Positions 1 through 8,682 of a stretch of DNA of 64,000 bases are shown here, in pieces. Under the pieces are notes generated by a model. The model worked only from the letters and a program-made list of their open reading frames with translations, was not told the origin of the DNA and did no database searches. This stretch comes from Candidatus Cloacimonadota bacterium (GTDB lineage: Bacteria > Cloacimonadota > Cloacimonadia > Cloacimonadales > WRIO01). The stretch is from contig JAKQQL010000269.1 of the NCBI GenBank assembly GCA_029564175.1, positions 1-64,000 on the forward strand. The letters run 5' to 3'. Made by a program: the position numbers and the translations under genes. Within the stretch, counting starts at the first letter, position 1. Each line of letters starts with the position of its first letter.

Positions 1-26
1 TTGATAAGTTCTTTTGCTTTATCCAT
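1..26 (-). CDS. 5' end of a phage gene running off the window (MDKAKELI...)
   Basis: ATG at 26 with GGAG Shine-Dalgarno just upstream on - strand. Confidence 0.5.
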
Positions 27-40
27 ATTATCTCCAAACA

Positions 41-65
41 GGGCAGGCGTAAAACCTGCCCCTAC
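41..65 (-). repeat. REP-like GTAG palindrome (GTAGGGGCAGGTTTTACGCCTGCCC)
   Basis: GTAG followed by hairpin; identical copy at 2582-2606. Confidence 0.75.
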
Positions 66-68
66 AGG

Positions 69-506
69 TTACTTTCTTCTTTTAACGAGAGTTTGATACA
101 CAATATCCACACCGGCGCCGATACTGCCATGCAGGATTTTAACCCACTTAGATAGCTTTTTATCCTGAGCAATTCTGTTAATGACAATATCCTTTTTTTG
201 CCTGTTTGTAAGCGTACTCATTTCTTTCGTTTCCACGATTTTTTCGATAATCTGGGCGTTTGTCATATTAAGCTTTAAAAGCCGATTTAGATATACTACC
301 GCCAGACTCAGCAGTCCGGAAAATACCAAAGCAAGGAGTTCAACCACCGAGTTTTGAATGATATTTTTTACAGGGCTAACAGGCATCTCAATTGCCATTT
401 CCCCTCCGGAAATGGAGGGGCTGGCAATATCAGGGATCTCTTGTGCAAAGGCTGTAAACGCCACAAGTAAAAGGGAAATCAGGATTAAGAGTCGTATATT
501 TTTCAT
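69..506 (-). CDS. Phage membrane protein (signal peptide plus TM helix; possibly holin-like)
   Basis: N-terminal signal-like segment, second hydrophobic helix, basic C-terminus; AGAGGAG SD. Confidence 0.6.
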   Translation of the reverse strand: MKNIRLLILISLLLVAFTAFAQEIPDIASPSISGGEMAIEMPVSPVKNIIQNSVVELLALVFSGLLSLAVVYLNRLLKLNMTNAQIIEKIVETKEMSTLTNRQKKDIVINRIAQDKKLSKWVKILHGSIGAGVDIVYQTLVKRRK

Positions 507-521
507 ATAAAAACTCCTCTT

Positions 522-1382
522 TTAATTATCTCTCATGCTGACGACAAAGTCCGCTTCCTGGATTGTCCCGCCAAAATAGGACCAGATATTGACAAGCGTA
601 CCAGGGGTTAAAGGTTGTGGCAGAGAATCTGCACCAAATTCTTTCTGTCTGCCAAATGCCCAGCCAAGACTCTGATAAGCAAGCAAAGCGTCTTTGGTAT
701 TGTTGGCAGGAGTGGCATCAATCAAACCGCTGGCATTTACTTTTGGCAGGTCATTGCTCATAATGACCTCAAAACCCAGAATAGTGCCGATTACGCCGTC
801 TTTCATGGCAGATGTGTCTAATATTTTGTCTCGGCTGATAAAGTCGGAAATATCAAGAATCTGAGCTTTTACAGTCGGGCTGACAACCAGATATCTGCCT
901 TTCTGTGGCGCTTTTTTGGCATCAAGGGTTTCCATCAGTTTTAAGATATCTGCTTTGACAATAATGTTGCCGACACTGTCTGATTTCTTGATCTTGGATC
1001 CTGCACCGGCAATCATGCCTTTAATACAGAACTGGTCATAGACATCCAAAATTGCATCTTTGGCATCTTCTGTGTAATGATTTAAAAGATCCACATTGCT
1101 CTGTGATTCTTCCACATCTTTCACTACGAAAGGCACGCCTTTTTTCTGGCTAAACAGAAATGAAATGGTACTTTTGGAAGGATCATTGATATCACTGTCT
1201 GATGCCGGCAGGTCAACAGCGGATAAGACTCCGAGTTTTGGTCCGTTGTAGCCTTCGGCCTCTTTGTTCAAGACAAATGGCGTATAATCTGTAATTGTAC
1301 TGAAAATTCTTTTTTTGGTTTCCAGTTCTTTTTTCATTTTGTTTAAGGTCTTGTTTGACCATAATTGTGGATAAAAGCCCAT
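522..1382 (-). CDS. Phage major capsid protein (HK97-fold, P22 coat/N4-gp56-like)
   Basis: FYPQLWS start, LDAKKAP..GRYLVVSP and GVIGTILGFEVIMSNDLP motifs; directly downstream of protease. Confidence 0.8.
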   Translation of the reverse strand: MGFYPQLWSNKTLNKMKKELETKKRIFSTITDYTPFVLNKEAEGYNGPKLGVLSAVDLPASDSDINDPSKSTISFLFSQKKGVPFVVKDVEESQSNVDLLNHYTEDAKDAILDVYDQFCIKGMIAGAGSKIKKSDSVGNIIVKADILKLMETLDAKKAPQKGRYLVVSPTVKAQILDISDFISRDKILDTSAMKDGVIGTILGFEVIMSNDLPKVNASGLIDATPANNTKDALLAYQSLGWAFGRQKEFGADSLPQPLTPGTLVNIWSYFGGTIQEADFVVSMRDN

Positions 1383-2416
1383 TATTTACCTCCCTGAGTT
1401 CTTTCCAATTCTGCTACCAGTGCCGGATTTTCTTTCATCAGACGGCAATATTCTGCCGGATTATCAAGCAGTTGCTGATAGGTGACGGCTTGTGGCTGGT
1501 TACTGCCTGCGATCATCTCCGGTTTTGTCAGATCTTCCGGTTTTTGAATGCTTTGCAGATATTCCTGATACTGCTCTTCGCCATTCATTAACATTTTTTC
1601 GGCAAATGTTTTTTGAGATGGAAGCAATTTTTTTGCCTGTACATCCATTTCAATTGTCTTGCTTACAACCTGCTGTTTTAAAGCCTGATGATTGTCTTTA
1701 AGTGCTTTAATTTTGCTGATGGCTTCATTTTTATCAGAAGCGCCAAGCAATGCTAAAATCTCGTCCATGGGTTCCTCCGTTTGGGTTTTGTTATTTATTT
1801 GCATCGCTACAAATTTCTCGTATTGGCTCTTGTTTTGAAAATAATCCTGTTCAAACAAATTATTAATTTCTTTCTCTCCGGATATCTCATGGCAAAAGCC
1901 CATTTTTTTTGCTTCTTCGGCTGTCAGCCATGTTTCATTATCCATCAGAGCGCTTACCTCTGTTTCGCCCAACCCGCTAAATGAGCTGTAAATATCTATC
2001 ATCTGCGCTTTTAGCATATCCAACACTTCGGCAGATTTTCGTAAATCTTCGCTTTCACCGCATACGCTTGTCCACGGATTATGAATCATCAGCATGGCGT
2101 TTCTTGCCATGGTTACCTTAGTTCCCGCAAGGGCGATAATGCCGGCCATGGATGCGGCAAGTCCTTCTATGACCACTTCGGCCTTTTTATTCTTCAATAC
2201 ATTGTAAATCGCCAAACCTTCAAAAATTGACCCGCCTGGTGAATTAATATGAAGGACTATTTTCCCTTTAATATCCTTGATACTGTCTATAAAACTCTTA
2301 GCAGTAACGCCCCACATACCGATTTCATCAAAAAGATAAACATCTGTTTCACCGCTGTCCCTGCTTTCCATTTTGTACCACTTCAAGCTGTCCTCCTTAG
2401 CCGGCAGATTTCTCAT
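1382..2416 (-). CDS. Clp-type head maturation protease with C-terminal scaffold-like region
   Basis: INSPGGSIFEG, GLAASMA, LMIHNPW, ETWLTAEEA ClpP motifs. Confidence 0.9.
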   Translation of the reverse strand: MRNLPAKEDSLKWYKMESRDSGETDVYLFDEIGMWGVTAKSFIDSIKDIKGKIVLHINSPGGSIFEGLAIYNVLKNKKAEVVIEGLAASMAGIIALAGTKVTMARNAMLMIHNPWTSVCGESEDLRKSAEVLDMLKAQMIDIYSSFSGLGETEVSALMDNETWLTAEEAKKMGFCHEISGEKEINNLFEQDYFQNKSQYEKFVAMQINNKTQTEEPMDEILALLGASDKNEAISKIKALKDNHQALKQQVVSKTIEMDVQAKKLLPSQKTFAEKMLMNGEEQYQEYLQSIQKPEDLTKPEMIAGSNQPQAVTYQQLLDNPAEYCRLMKENPALVAELERTQGGK

Positions 2417-2475
2417 TTATTTTTTCCAACTTTTTAAATCACTGCAAATCTCTTTACTTGCAGATTTTCGGATCC

Positions 2476-2560
2476 ATTATACCACAACCCAGTCAAAATA
2501 AAAAACAAAGTGGGTAAATTACCCACTTTTTACCCCTTTTTTCTCATTTTCTGATATAAT
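2476..2560. promoter_or_regulatory. Divergent extended -10 promoters flanking a 23-bp palindromic operator
   Basis: TGGTATAAT on - (2476-2484), TGATATAAT on + (2552-2560), palindrome AAAGTGGGTAA-A-TTACCCACTTT at 2507-2529. Confidence 0.6.
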
Positions 2561-2581
2561 GACATCGCCGTAGCACCAAAC

Positions 2582-2606
2582 GGGCAGGCGTAAAACCTGC
2601 CCCTAC
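2582..2606 (-). repeat. REP-like GTAG palindrome, identical to 41-65
   Basis: 25-bp identical copy. Confidence 0.75.
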
Positions 2607-2639
2607 GGTTGACATCAAACAACAGAAAGGATAAAATTT

Positions 2640-3029
2640 ATGCTTGATAAGCTCATGAACGAAATGATCACCAAACTTGAACAAACAAATCTTTTTAAAC
2701 AAATCGAACCATACGAAGGGCAGTTTGACAATCCGGATGAATTCCTGATCAGACCACCGGTCTGTTTTATTGAATTCTCTGCAGGTCAGACAGATAAAGC
2801 CCTTCATATTAAATCACTTGTCAATGTCGATTTTTACATCACCACCAACCACATTAAAGGCAGGGTAAACTCTGCCATGCTGGATATTCTGGACACTATC
2901 AAAGAACAGTTTAACAAAAAACGAATCGCAAATATGGGAGAAACCCGCTTTATTGCCTTTGACCGGCTGGCTATTTTCCCCGGATTCTGTTCTTACAGGG
3001 TATCGCTTGAATTTAAGGAGGATTTTTAA
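2640..3029 (+). CDS. Mu gp37-like (DUF1834-type) tail completion protein
   Basis: IEPYEGQFD...PPVCFIEF motif, size and context. Confidence 0.6.
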   Translation: MLDKLMNEMITKLEQTNLFKQIEPYEGQFDNPDEFLIRPPVCFIEFSAGQTDKALHIKSLVNVDFYITTNHIKGRVNSAMLDILDTIKEQFNKKRIANMGETRFIAFDRLAIFPGFCSYRVSLEFKEDF

Positions 3030-3415
3030 TGTATTCATCCATCATCAAACTTAAAAAAGCACTCGGAGATAAAGCCGAGCTGCTTCTCAATGGCATTGAA
3101 GACAGTGAATTAACTGATATTCTGACAGACTCATCAAATGTCATTGACTCTTATATCAAGACAGTCATTCCCCTGCCTCTCAATGAAGCAAATGCCATGC
3201 TTGACCAGATTTGCCTGTCACTTGCCAAAGCTGAAATTTACCGCCGTTTTGCTTCCAATGATCTGCCTAAAGATGTATCAGAACAGGAAAGCAAAGCATA
3301 CAAAGACCTTGAAAAAATCCAACAGAAGAAGATTATTGTAGTGGCTCAGGACAATCCGGAAAATGATACCAATTTTACAGCCAAACCTGTTAATTTTAAT
3401 ATCTTTATGGAATAA
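3029..3415 (+). CDS. Mu gp36/gpJ-like (DUF1320) head-tail connector
   Basis: MYSS start, SNVIDSYI, PLPL, KAYKDLEKIQ motifs. Confidence 0.75.
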   Translation: MYSSIIKLKKALGDKAELLLNGIEDSELTDILTDSSNVIDSYIKTVIPLPLNEANAMLDQICLSLAKAEIYRRFASNDLPKDVSEQESKAYKDLEKIQQKKIIVVAQDNPENDTNFTAKPVNFNIFME

Positions 3416-3537
3416 CCCGTACTACAAGCATCTTGCTTGTAGAATAACCCGTACTACAAGCATCTTGCTTGTAGAATAACCCGTACTACAAGCATCTTGC
3501 TTGTAGAATAACCCGTACTACAAGCATCTTGCTTGTA
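3410..3537 (+). repeat. Four perfect tandem 32-bp units, each with a REP-like hairpin
   Basis: GAATAACCCGTACTACAAGCATCTTGCTTGTA x4; stem CTACAAGCA/TGCTTGTAG; single near-copy at 10071-10097. Confidence 0.95.
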
Positions 3538-3551
3538 GAGAAAGAGAAAAT

Positions 3552-4043
3552 ATGTTTGACTCCCAACTGCTTAAAATGGTCGCCATCACCATTCAGGAAC
3601 GAATCAAAAACAGGATCCGTCAAAACCGCATTACACCACAAACCCAAAAATCAGGCGGTACAACGCTGGTTGAATCTGCAAGACTTTTAAATTCCATTAA
3701 CCACAAAATAGACGGAGACACCATTGTAATTGGTACAAATGTCAGATATGCCCGTATTCATCACGAAGGCGGGATAATCAAACCGGTCAGGGCTAAATTT
3801 CTGGCAATCCCTATTGCCAAAGTTGCTAAAACACTTTCCCCCAGAGATTTTGACAATACTTTCATCAGAAACGGCATTATTTACAGAGCCCTCGAAGATG
3901 ATAAAGTGGAAGCCCTCTATTCTCTTAAAAAACAAGTCCGGATTCCTGCCAGACCTTATATGTTCATTGATCAAAGTGACCGTAATCTCATCAAAGACCG
4001 TGTAAACAACTATATTGTCGAAAGGATAAAAAATGGCTTATAA
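3552..4043 (+). CDS. Phage virion morphogenesis protein (Mu gpG / tail completion S-like)
   Basis: LVESARLLNSI, IGTNVRYARIHHEGG, IPARPYM motifs. Confidence 0.85.
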   Translation: MFDSQLLKMVAITIQERIKNRIRQNRITPQTQKSGGTTLVESARLLNSINHKIDGDTIVIGTNVRYARIHHEGGIIKPVRAKFLAIPIAKVAKTLSPRDFDNTFIRNGIIYRALEDDKVEALYSLKKQVRIPARPYMFIDQSDRNLIKDRVNNYIVERIKNGL

Positions 4044-4476
4044 AATAACCGAAATCAACAAAGCCAAACAGCTCTATATTGTGGAAGGGCAAAGAATTGA
4101 AGATATTGCCAACCTGCTGAAAATCCCTGTCAAAACAGTCTATGCCTGGAAAAGAAAAGGGGAATGGGATAAAGCTCTCCGCTCTACCGGCAATATCGGT
4201 ATGGCAATGGAAATGCAAAAAGCCTTTGAACAGGAGGTGCAAAAGGCGATTGAAGAAAAAAGACTGACCGATCCCGCCACCGCTGACGCCCTGTATAAAA
4301 CTTCCAAACTCATGGAAAAGCTCCTTCCCAAAAAAATCATGCTCGCAAATATATTTAACATGCTTGAAGATGTAACAAACTACATCAAAACCATCGGCAA
4401 TGATAAATTTTTGACCGAATGGGTCAAATATCTCCCCGAAATCTCTGACTTTTTAAGGAAGAAATACAATGATTAA
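4033..4476 (+). CDS. Terminase small subunit-like HTH protein (DUF1804-type)
   Basis: AKQLYI...IANLLKIPVKTVYAWKRKGEWD helix-turn-helix; precedes terL. Confidence 0.75.
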   Translation: MAYKITEINKAKQLYIVEGQRIEDIANLLKIPVKTVYAWKRKGEWDKALRSTGNIGMAMEMQKAFEQEVQKAIEEKRLTDPATADALYKTSKLMEKLLPKKIMLANIFNMLEDVTNYIKTIGNDKFLTEWVKYLPEISDFLRKKYND

Positions 4477-5989
4477 ATCCATGACCAATACCGAATTTGA
4501 AAAGAAAATTCAGGATCTCATTGAAAACATTAAAAAACAAACCGTTCTCTTTACCGATGATACGCCTGAGCTCCAAAGAAAACGAGTCGAAAAATCAGAA
4601 AAAGACCTTTTCTTTTTTGCAAAGACCTATTTCCCCCATTATATCCGTTCTGAGTTTGGCAAACCACATAGAACCATGCATAAGGAAACCGAGATAAAGG
4701 GACAGATTACTGGAATTGCAGGGTTCAGGGGACTGGGTAAAACCACCTTTCTGGCAATCATCAAGCCGGTCTGGCTGGCACTCTTTGGCAGGATTTTCTT
4801 CAATGTCAAAGTCGCTAAAAACAAAGACCTTGCCAAAGAAAGAACCATTGCCATTCGTTGCGAATTCCTCTTTAACAAAAGGCTCATCAATGACTTTGGC
4901 GCTCAGCTCCCGCTCTCTTCAGGTGAAGAACACGACTTTATCATCAAAGAAGGCACCCGCTTTCTTGCCATTGGCTACAAAGAAGGTATCAGAGGTAAAA
5001 TACACAATTCCAGAAGACCGGATTACATTGACATTGACGACCTTGAAGACCATAACAGCTTTAATATCAAAATCGCCCAGGATAAACTTCAATTCGTAAC
5101 CGAAGAAGCTTATGGCGCTTTTGACAAAGGAAACGGCATTCTTGTCTGGCTGGGAAACAGAACACATCAAAATTCAGCCCTCAACCTCTTTTATAAGTCC
5201 TGCACAGAAGGCGAACAGACAAACAATATGCGTAAATTCCTGCTGATTCCTGCCGATGACGGGTCTTTTAATCCCACATGGAAAGAGCACTATTCCAAAG
5301 AAGACCTGCTCAATATTTATCAGGCGATGGGCAAATTTGGTTATGAAAGACACATGCGGATGAATCCCGTGGTCGAAGGACTCAAATTTAAAGAAGAATG
5401 GTTTAAATACTATGATCTGCAGGAGCTTTTCAATCTCAAAAAGGAACATCCGGTTCATATCGTCTCATATTGTGATCCGTCTCTCGGTGAAAAGACCACC
5501 TCTGACTACAAAGCCATTATGACAGTCGCTTACTGCAATAAAAAATACTACCTGCTGGATGTTTACCTCAGAAAGGCAAGCATTATTGAAATGCTCCGCT
5601 ATATGTACTGGCTGCATGAAGAATTCAACTGCATTCTGTATATGGAATCAAACTTCTGGCAGAAGGTCATTTGGGACTATATCCCGCAGTTAGCCAATGA
5701 ATACAGGTATCTCCTGCCGGTTAACGGCATTGAAAACACTGAAAAAAAAGAGCTTCGTATCGAAAGAATACAACCCGTTTTTGAATGGGGCTGGCTCCTG
5801 TTTCCCAATAAAAAGAGCGAAGATCTCAGCCTCTTGATAGACCAGCTCCTCGGATTTCCCGCTTATCCCCATGATGACGGTCCGGACGCACTGGCCGGTG
5901 CCATCAGCTGTATGAAGCACCATACCGAACCCAATGTCTATAAATCCCTCAAAAAAACGACTGCCAACCAATTTTCAAACCTCTGGTAA
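4469..5989 (+). CDS. Phage terminase large subunit
   Basis: Walker A GFRGLGKTT, RPDYIDIDDLE Walker B, YCDPS...SDY and HDDGPDALAGA nuclease motifs. Confidence 0.92.
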   Translation: MIKSMTNTEFEKKIQDLIENIKKQTVLFTDDTPELQRKRVEKSEKDLFFFAKTYFPHYIRSEFGKPHRTMHKETEIKGQITGIAGFRGLGKTTFLAIIKPVWLALFGRIFFNVKVAKNKDLAKERTIAIRCEFLFNKRLINDFGAQLPLSSGEEHDFIIKEGTRFLAIGYKEGIRGKIHNSRRPDYIDIDDLEDHNSFNIKIAQDKLQFVTEEAYGAFDKGNGILVWLGNRTHQNSALNLFYKSCTEGEQTNNMRKFLLIPADDGSFNPTWKEHYSKEDLLNIYQAMGKFGYERHMRMNPVVEGLKFKEEWFKYYDLQELFNLKKEHPVHIVSYCDPSLGEKTTSDYKAIMTVAYCNKKYYLLDVYLRKASIIEMLRYMYWLHEEFNCILYMESNFWQKVIWDYIPQLANEYRYLLPVNGIENTEKKELRIERIQPVFEWGWLLFPNKKSEDLSLLIDQLLGFPAYPHDDGPDALAGAISCMKHHTEPNVYKSLKKTTANQFSNLW

Positions 5990-5992
5990 TAA

Positions 5993-6045
5993 TTCCCCTC
6001 CGTAGGGGCAACCCTTGCGGTTGACCATTATGACGGGGCGGTAAG
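5993..6045 (+). repeat. Composite REP: GTAGGGGCAACCCTTGCGGTTGACC lying between the two halves of a TTCCCCT...GACGGGG(C/T)GGT-type repeat
   Basis: Inner part matches 7300/7579 copies; flanks resemble the ends of 8846-8886. Confidence 0.6.
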
Positions 6046-6097
6046 CCTCCCCTGCTTATAAAAAAAACCAAAGGAATACAAATGAACCTCTGGTAAT

Positions 6098-6120
6098 GTA
6101 ACGCAAGCTACCAGCTTGTG
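6098..6120 (+). repeat. REP-like GTA-hairpin (GTAACGCAAGCTACCAGCTTGTG)
   Basis: CGCAAGCT/AGCTTGTG stem; related to the 32-bp tandem unit. Confidence 0.5.
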
Positions 6121-6141
6121 AAAAAAAAAGAAAGGACTATC

Positions 6142-8682
6142 ATGAACCTAAAAAACCTCTTTAAAAAAGAACAACCAAATGCAAAAACAAATATCACCCT
6201 CAATAAAGTCTCCATTGATCAGCCTGAACCCATGTTCAGACACATTATCAATCCTAATTCCATTCATTTTGCCCTCTCCGATGCCGAACTCGGCAAGCTC
6301 AGATCCATACAGGCTTTATACCGCCAGCTTTACAAATTTGACGACAATCTCGCAGCCGATACCGATGTCCGCACTGAAGCAGCCAAAACCGCTTCCTTTA
6401 TCCTGCCCGATAATCTCGGTAAACAGCAGGCTGACTATTTCAACGAATTTCTAAGCAACTTCCTCCCCGATCTCATTGACCATGTCATGGATCTGAAGCT
6501 GAGAGGTCTGCTCTTCAGACAGATTATCTACACTCAGGAAAACGGACTTTATAAAGTCTCTGCTTTTGAAGATTACAAAAACCTTGATTTAAGGCACGAA
6601 AACAGAAAAGTGGAATTGTATATCAACGATAAACCCGTAAGCCTCTCAAATTTGAAATTTGTGGCTTTATACAACGATTATCCAGTATATGAGTCCCTGC
6701 TGAAATATTATGCCTTCACTTCCTTCGCTTTAAACAACTGGGCTTCCTTTATGGAAATCTACGGTAAACCCATCAGAATCGGTAAATACAAGCCAGGCTC
6801 TGCTCAAAATGAAAAAGACAATCTCTGGAATATGGTCAAAAATCTCGGTACTGACCTTGCCGCCATGATCAGCGAAAACACCGCCATTGAGTTTGTGGAA
6901 CATAAAAGCGTCTCTGCTTCTTCTGACCTCTATCACAATCTCCTCAAATTCTGTAGGGAATCCGTAACAAAAAGAATCCTCGGTCAGGTGCTTACCACCA
7001 CTTCACAGGCGACAGGCTCTTATGCGCAGGCAAAGGTTCATGAAATGGTCAGACAGGATATTTTAGCCGGTGACCTCAGAGATGCCGGTCTCTACATTTC
7101 AAACATCTGTACCCTCCTGAACCAGATCAATTTTAACCAGGATAAAATCACTGTAAAGCTGGCAGTAACCGACAAGATCGATCTGGAAAAAAGAATTGAT
7201 ATTGACACAAAACTCTCTGCCCTCGTTCCCGTTGACCCTGATTACTACTACAACACCTACAATATCCCAAAGCCTGCTAAAACTAATGTTGTAAATAATG
7301 TAGGGGCAACCCTAGCGGTTGCCCCCCTAGCGGTTGCCCCTCTTGCGGTTGCCCCTCTTGCGGTTGACCAGTTAAAACCTCATAATTCAAAATTCAACAT
7401 TCAAAATTCACAATTATCAACCAGCCTGCCTGATATCACTGAAATCCATGACGAATACATCGCCACACTCAATTCTTACGAGGATATTCAAAATGCACCT
7501 TTCCCCGATAAACTCTACAAGGAGTACGCCCGGCAACTATCAGAAGCAATCCTAAACGCCTATATGGGTGATCATCCCGTAGGGGCAACCCTAGCGGTTG
7601 CCCCTCTTGCGGTTGACCATTCAAAATTCAACATTCAAAATTCACAATTATTTGAAACAGACTGGTCGCTCCTTGATATCAAAGCCCTCAATGCCTTCCG
7701 TGCCGAAGCTTTTGAAGTCGCCGGCGTAACATGTCAGGAGACCCTGCAAATGCTCAAAAAAGAAGCTGAAAAAGCTTTTACAGACGGCATTACATTTGCT
7801 GACTGGCGTAACAATGTAAAGCTAAAAGGTTTCTCCGCTGACAATCCTTATCATCTCCGGACAAACTTCAATACTGCCATAAACAACGCTTATCTGGCAA
7901 GGCAGTGGAATGACCTGCAGGAAATTAAAGACTTTTTCCCTTATCTCAAATATACAGCGGTAATGGATGACAGAGTCAGGGAAGAGCATGCCGAATGGAA
8001 TGGCCTTATCCTGCATGTTGATGACGATTTCTGGAAAACAAACTATCCGCCAAATGGCTGGAATTGCCGGTGCTCTGTGACCCCTATGCCCGAAAAGGAA
8101 GCAAAACAGGATCCGGACTTTGGTAAAAAACCAGATCCTTACACAACCACAGACCCAAATTTCCGAAAAAACTCCGCCCTCGATAATTCCATCTGGGGTA
8201 AATGGCTGGATAAAAAAGATGTCGGTAAAGCCGTCAAATCAGCTGATGAGTTAAATCTGCCTCAATGGAAAGAATATACGGAAGCTGATCAGCCGGATCC
8301 GATTCCGATACCTAACAACGCAGACAAAAAAACACTTCTTGATATTATGAAGAACTATCTGAATGACCGTATTATCAATGACCCGAATAACTTCCCTGTA
8401 TTTCTGGATAAATCAAAATCAGAAAAATTTGAGCGATATTCTCGTGACGATATCGAAAAAAGAGTAAAATATATGGCTTGTATTGATGACACAATTCAAA
8501 ATCCGACAGAAATCTGGCTTGATTACAATCAAAAACGAATCAGATACCTGAAAAAATACAGCCAAAATATTTTGGTAATAGCTGATTTTCATAATGGGCA
8601 GTTTGATTACTTTAACATAATTACAGAAGTTACTAATACTTACATTGAAAAACAAAGAGCAGGCTTTTATTTGGGAAGATAA
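6142..8682 (+). CDS. Fusion of Mu-like portal (DUF935/gp29), MuF (gpF) minor head domain and C-terminal PBECR-like nuclease domain
   Basis: WASFMEIYGKPIRIGKY, ILGQVLTT, GSYAQAKVH portal motifs; DDRVREEH..WNG and PPNGWNCRC MuF motifs; DTIQNPTEIW..RYLKKY..YIEKQRAG tail. ATG 6142 with AAGGA SD preferred over 6118. Confidence 0.85.
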   Translation: MNLKNLFKKEQPNAKTNITLNKVSIDQPEPMFRHIINPNSIHFALSDAELGKLRSIQALYRQLYKFDDNLAADTDVRTEAAKTASFILPDNLGKQQADYFNEFLSNFLPDLIDHVMDLKLRGLLFRQIIYTQENGLYKVSAFEDYKNLDLRHENRKVELYINDKPVSLSNLKFVALYNDYPVYESLLKYYAFTSFALNNWASFMEIYGKPIRIGKYKPGSAQNEKDNLWNMVKNLGTDLAAMISENTAIEFVEHKSVSASSDLYHNLLKFCRESVTKRILGQVLTTTSQATGSYAQAKVHEMVRQDILAGDLRDAGLYISNICTLLNQINFNQDKITVKLAVTDKIDLEKRIDIDTKLSALVPVDPDYYYNTYNIPKPAKTNVVNNVGATLAVAPLAVAPLAVAPLAVDQLKPHNSKFNIQNSQLSTSLPDITEIHDEYIATLNSYEDIQNAPFPDKLYKEYARQLSEAILNAYMGDHPVGATLAVAPLAVDHSKFNIQNSQLFETDWSLLDIKALNAFRAEAFEVAGVTCQETLQMLKKEAEKAFTDGITFADWRNNVKLKGFSADNPYHLRTNFNTAINNAYLARQWNDLQEIKDFFPYLKYTAVMDDRVREEHAEWNGLILHVDDDFWKTNYPPNGWNCRCSVTPMPEKEAKQDPDFGKKPDPYTTTDPNFRKNSALDNSIWGKWLDKKDVGKAVKSADELNLPQWKEYTEADQPDPIPIPNNADKKTLLDIMKNYLNDRIINDPNNFPVFLDKSKSEKFERYSRDDIEKRVKYMACIDDTIQNPTEIWLDYNQKRIRYLKKYSQNILVIADFHNGQFDYFNIITEVTNTYIEKQRAGFYLGR
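7300..7416 (+). repeat. In-frame REP with four 15-bp units plus AATTCAA-like heptamer repeat
   Basis: Encodes VGATLAVAPLAVAPLAVAPLAVDQ...SKFNIQNSQL. Confidence 0.85.
7579..7651 (+). repeat. Second in-frame REP (two 15-bp units) plus heptamer repeat
   Basis: Encodes VGATLAVAPLAVDHSKFNIQNSQL. Confidence 0.85.

Noticed and set aside
2544..2807. 87-aa minus ORF containing VGAGFTPAR
   Set aside because: Antisense to the gp37-like gene; the motif is just a translated REP
3410..3537. CRISPR array
   Set aside because: Units are identical and head-to-tail with no unique spacers; no cas genes in the window
7300..7651. Diversity-generating retroelement TR/VR pair
   Set aside because: Copies differ in unit number rather than by adenine-specific substitutions; no reverse transcriptase in the window
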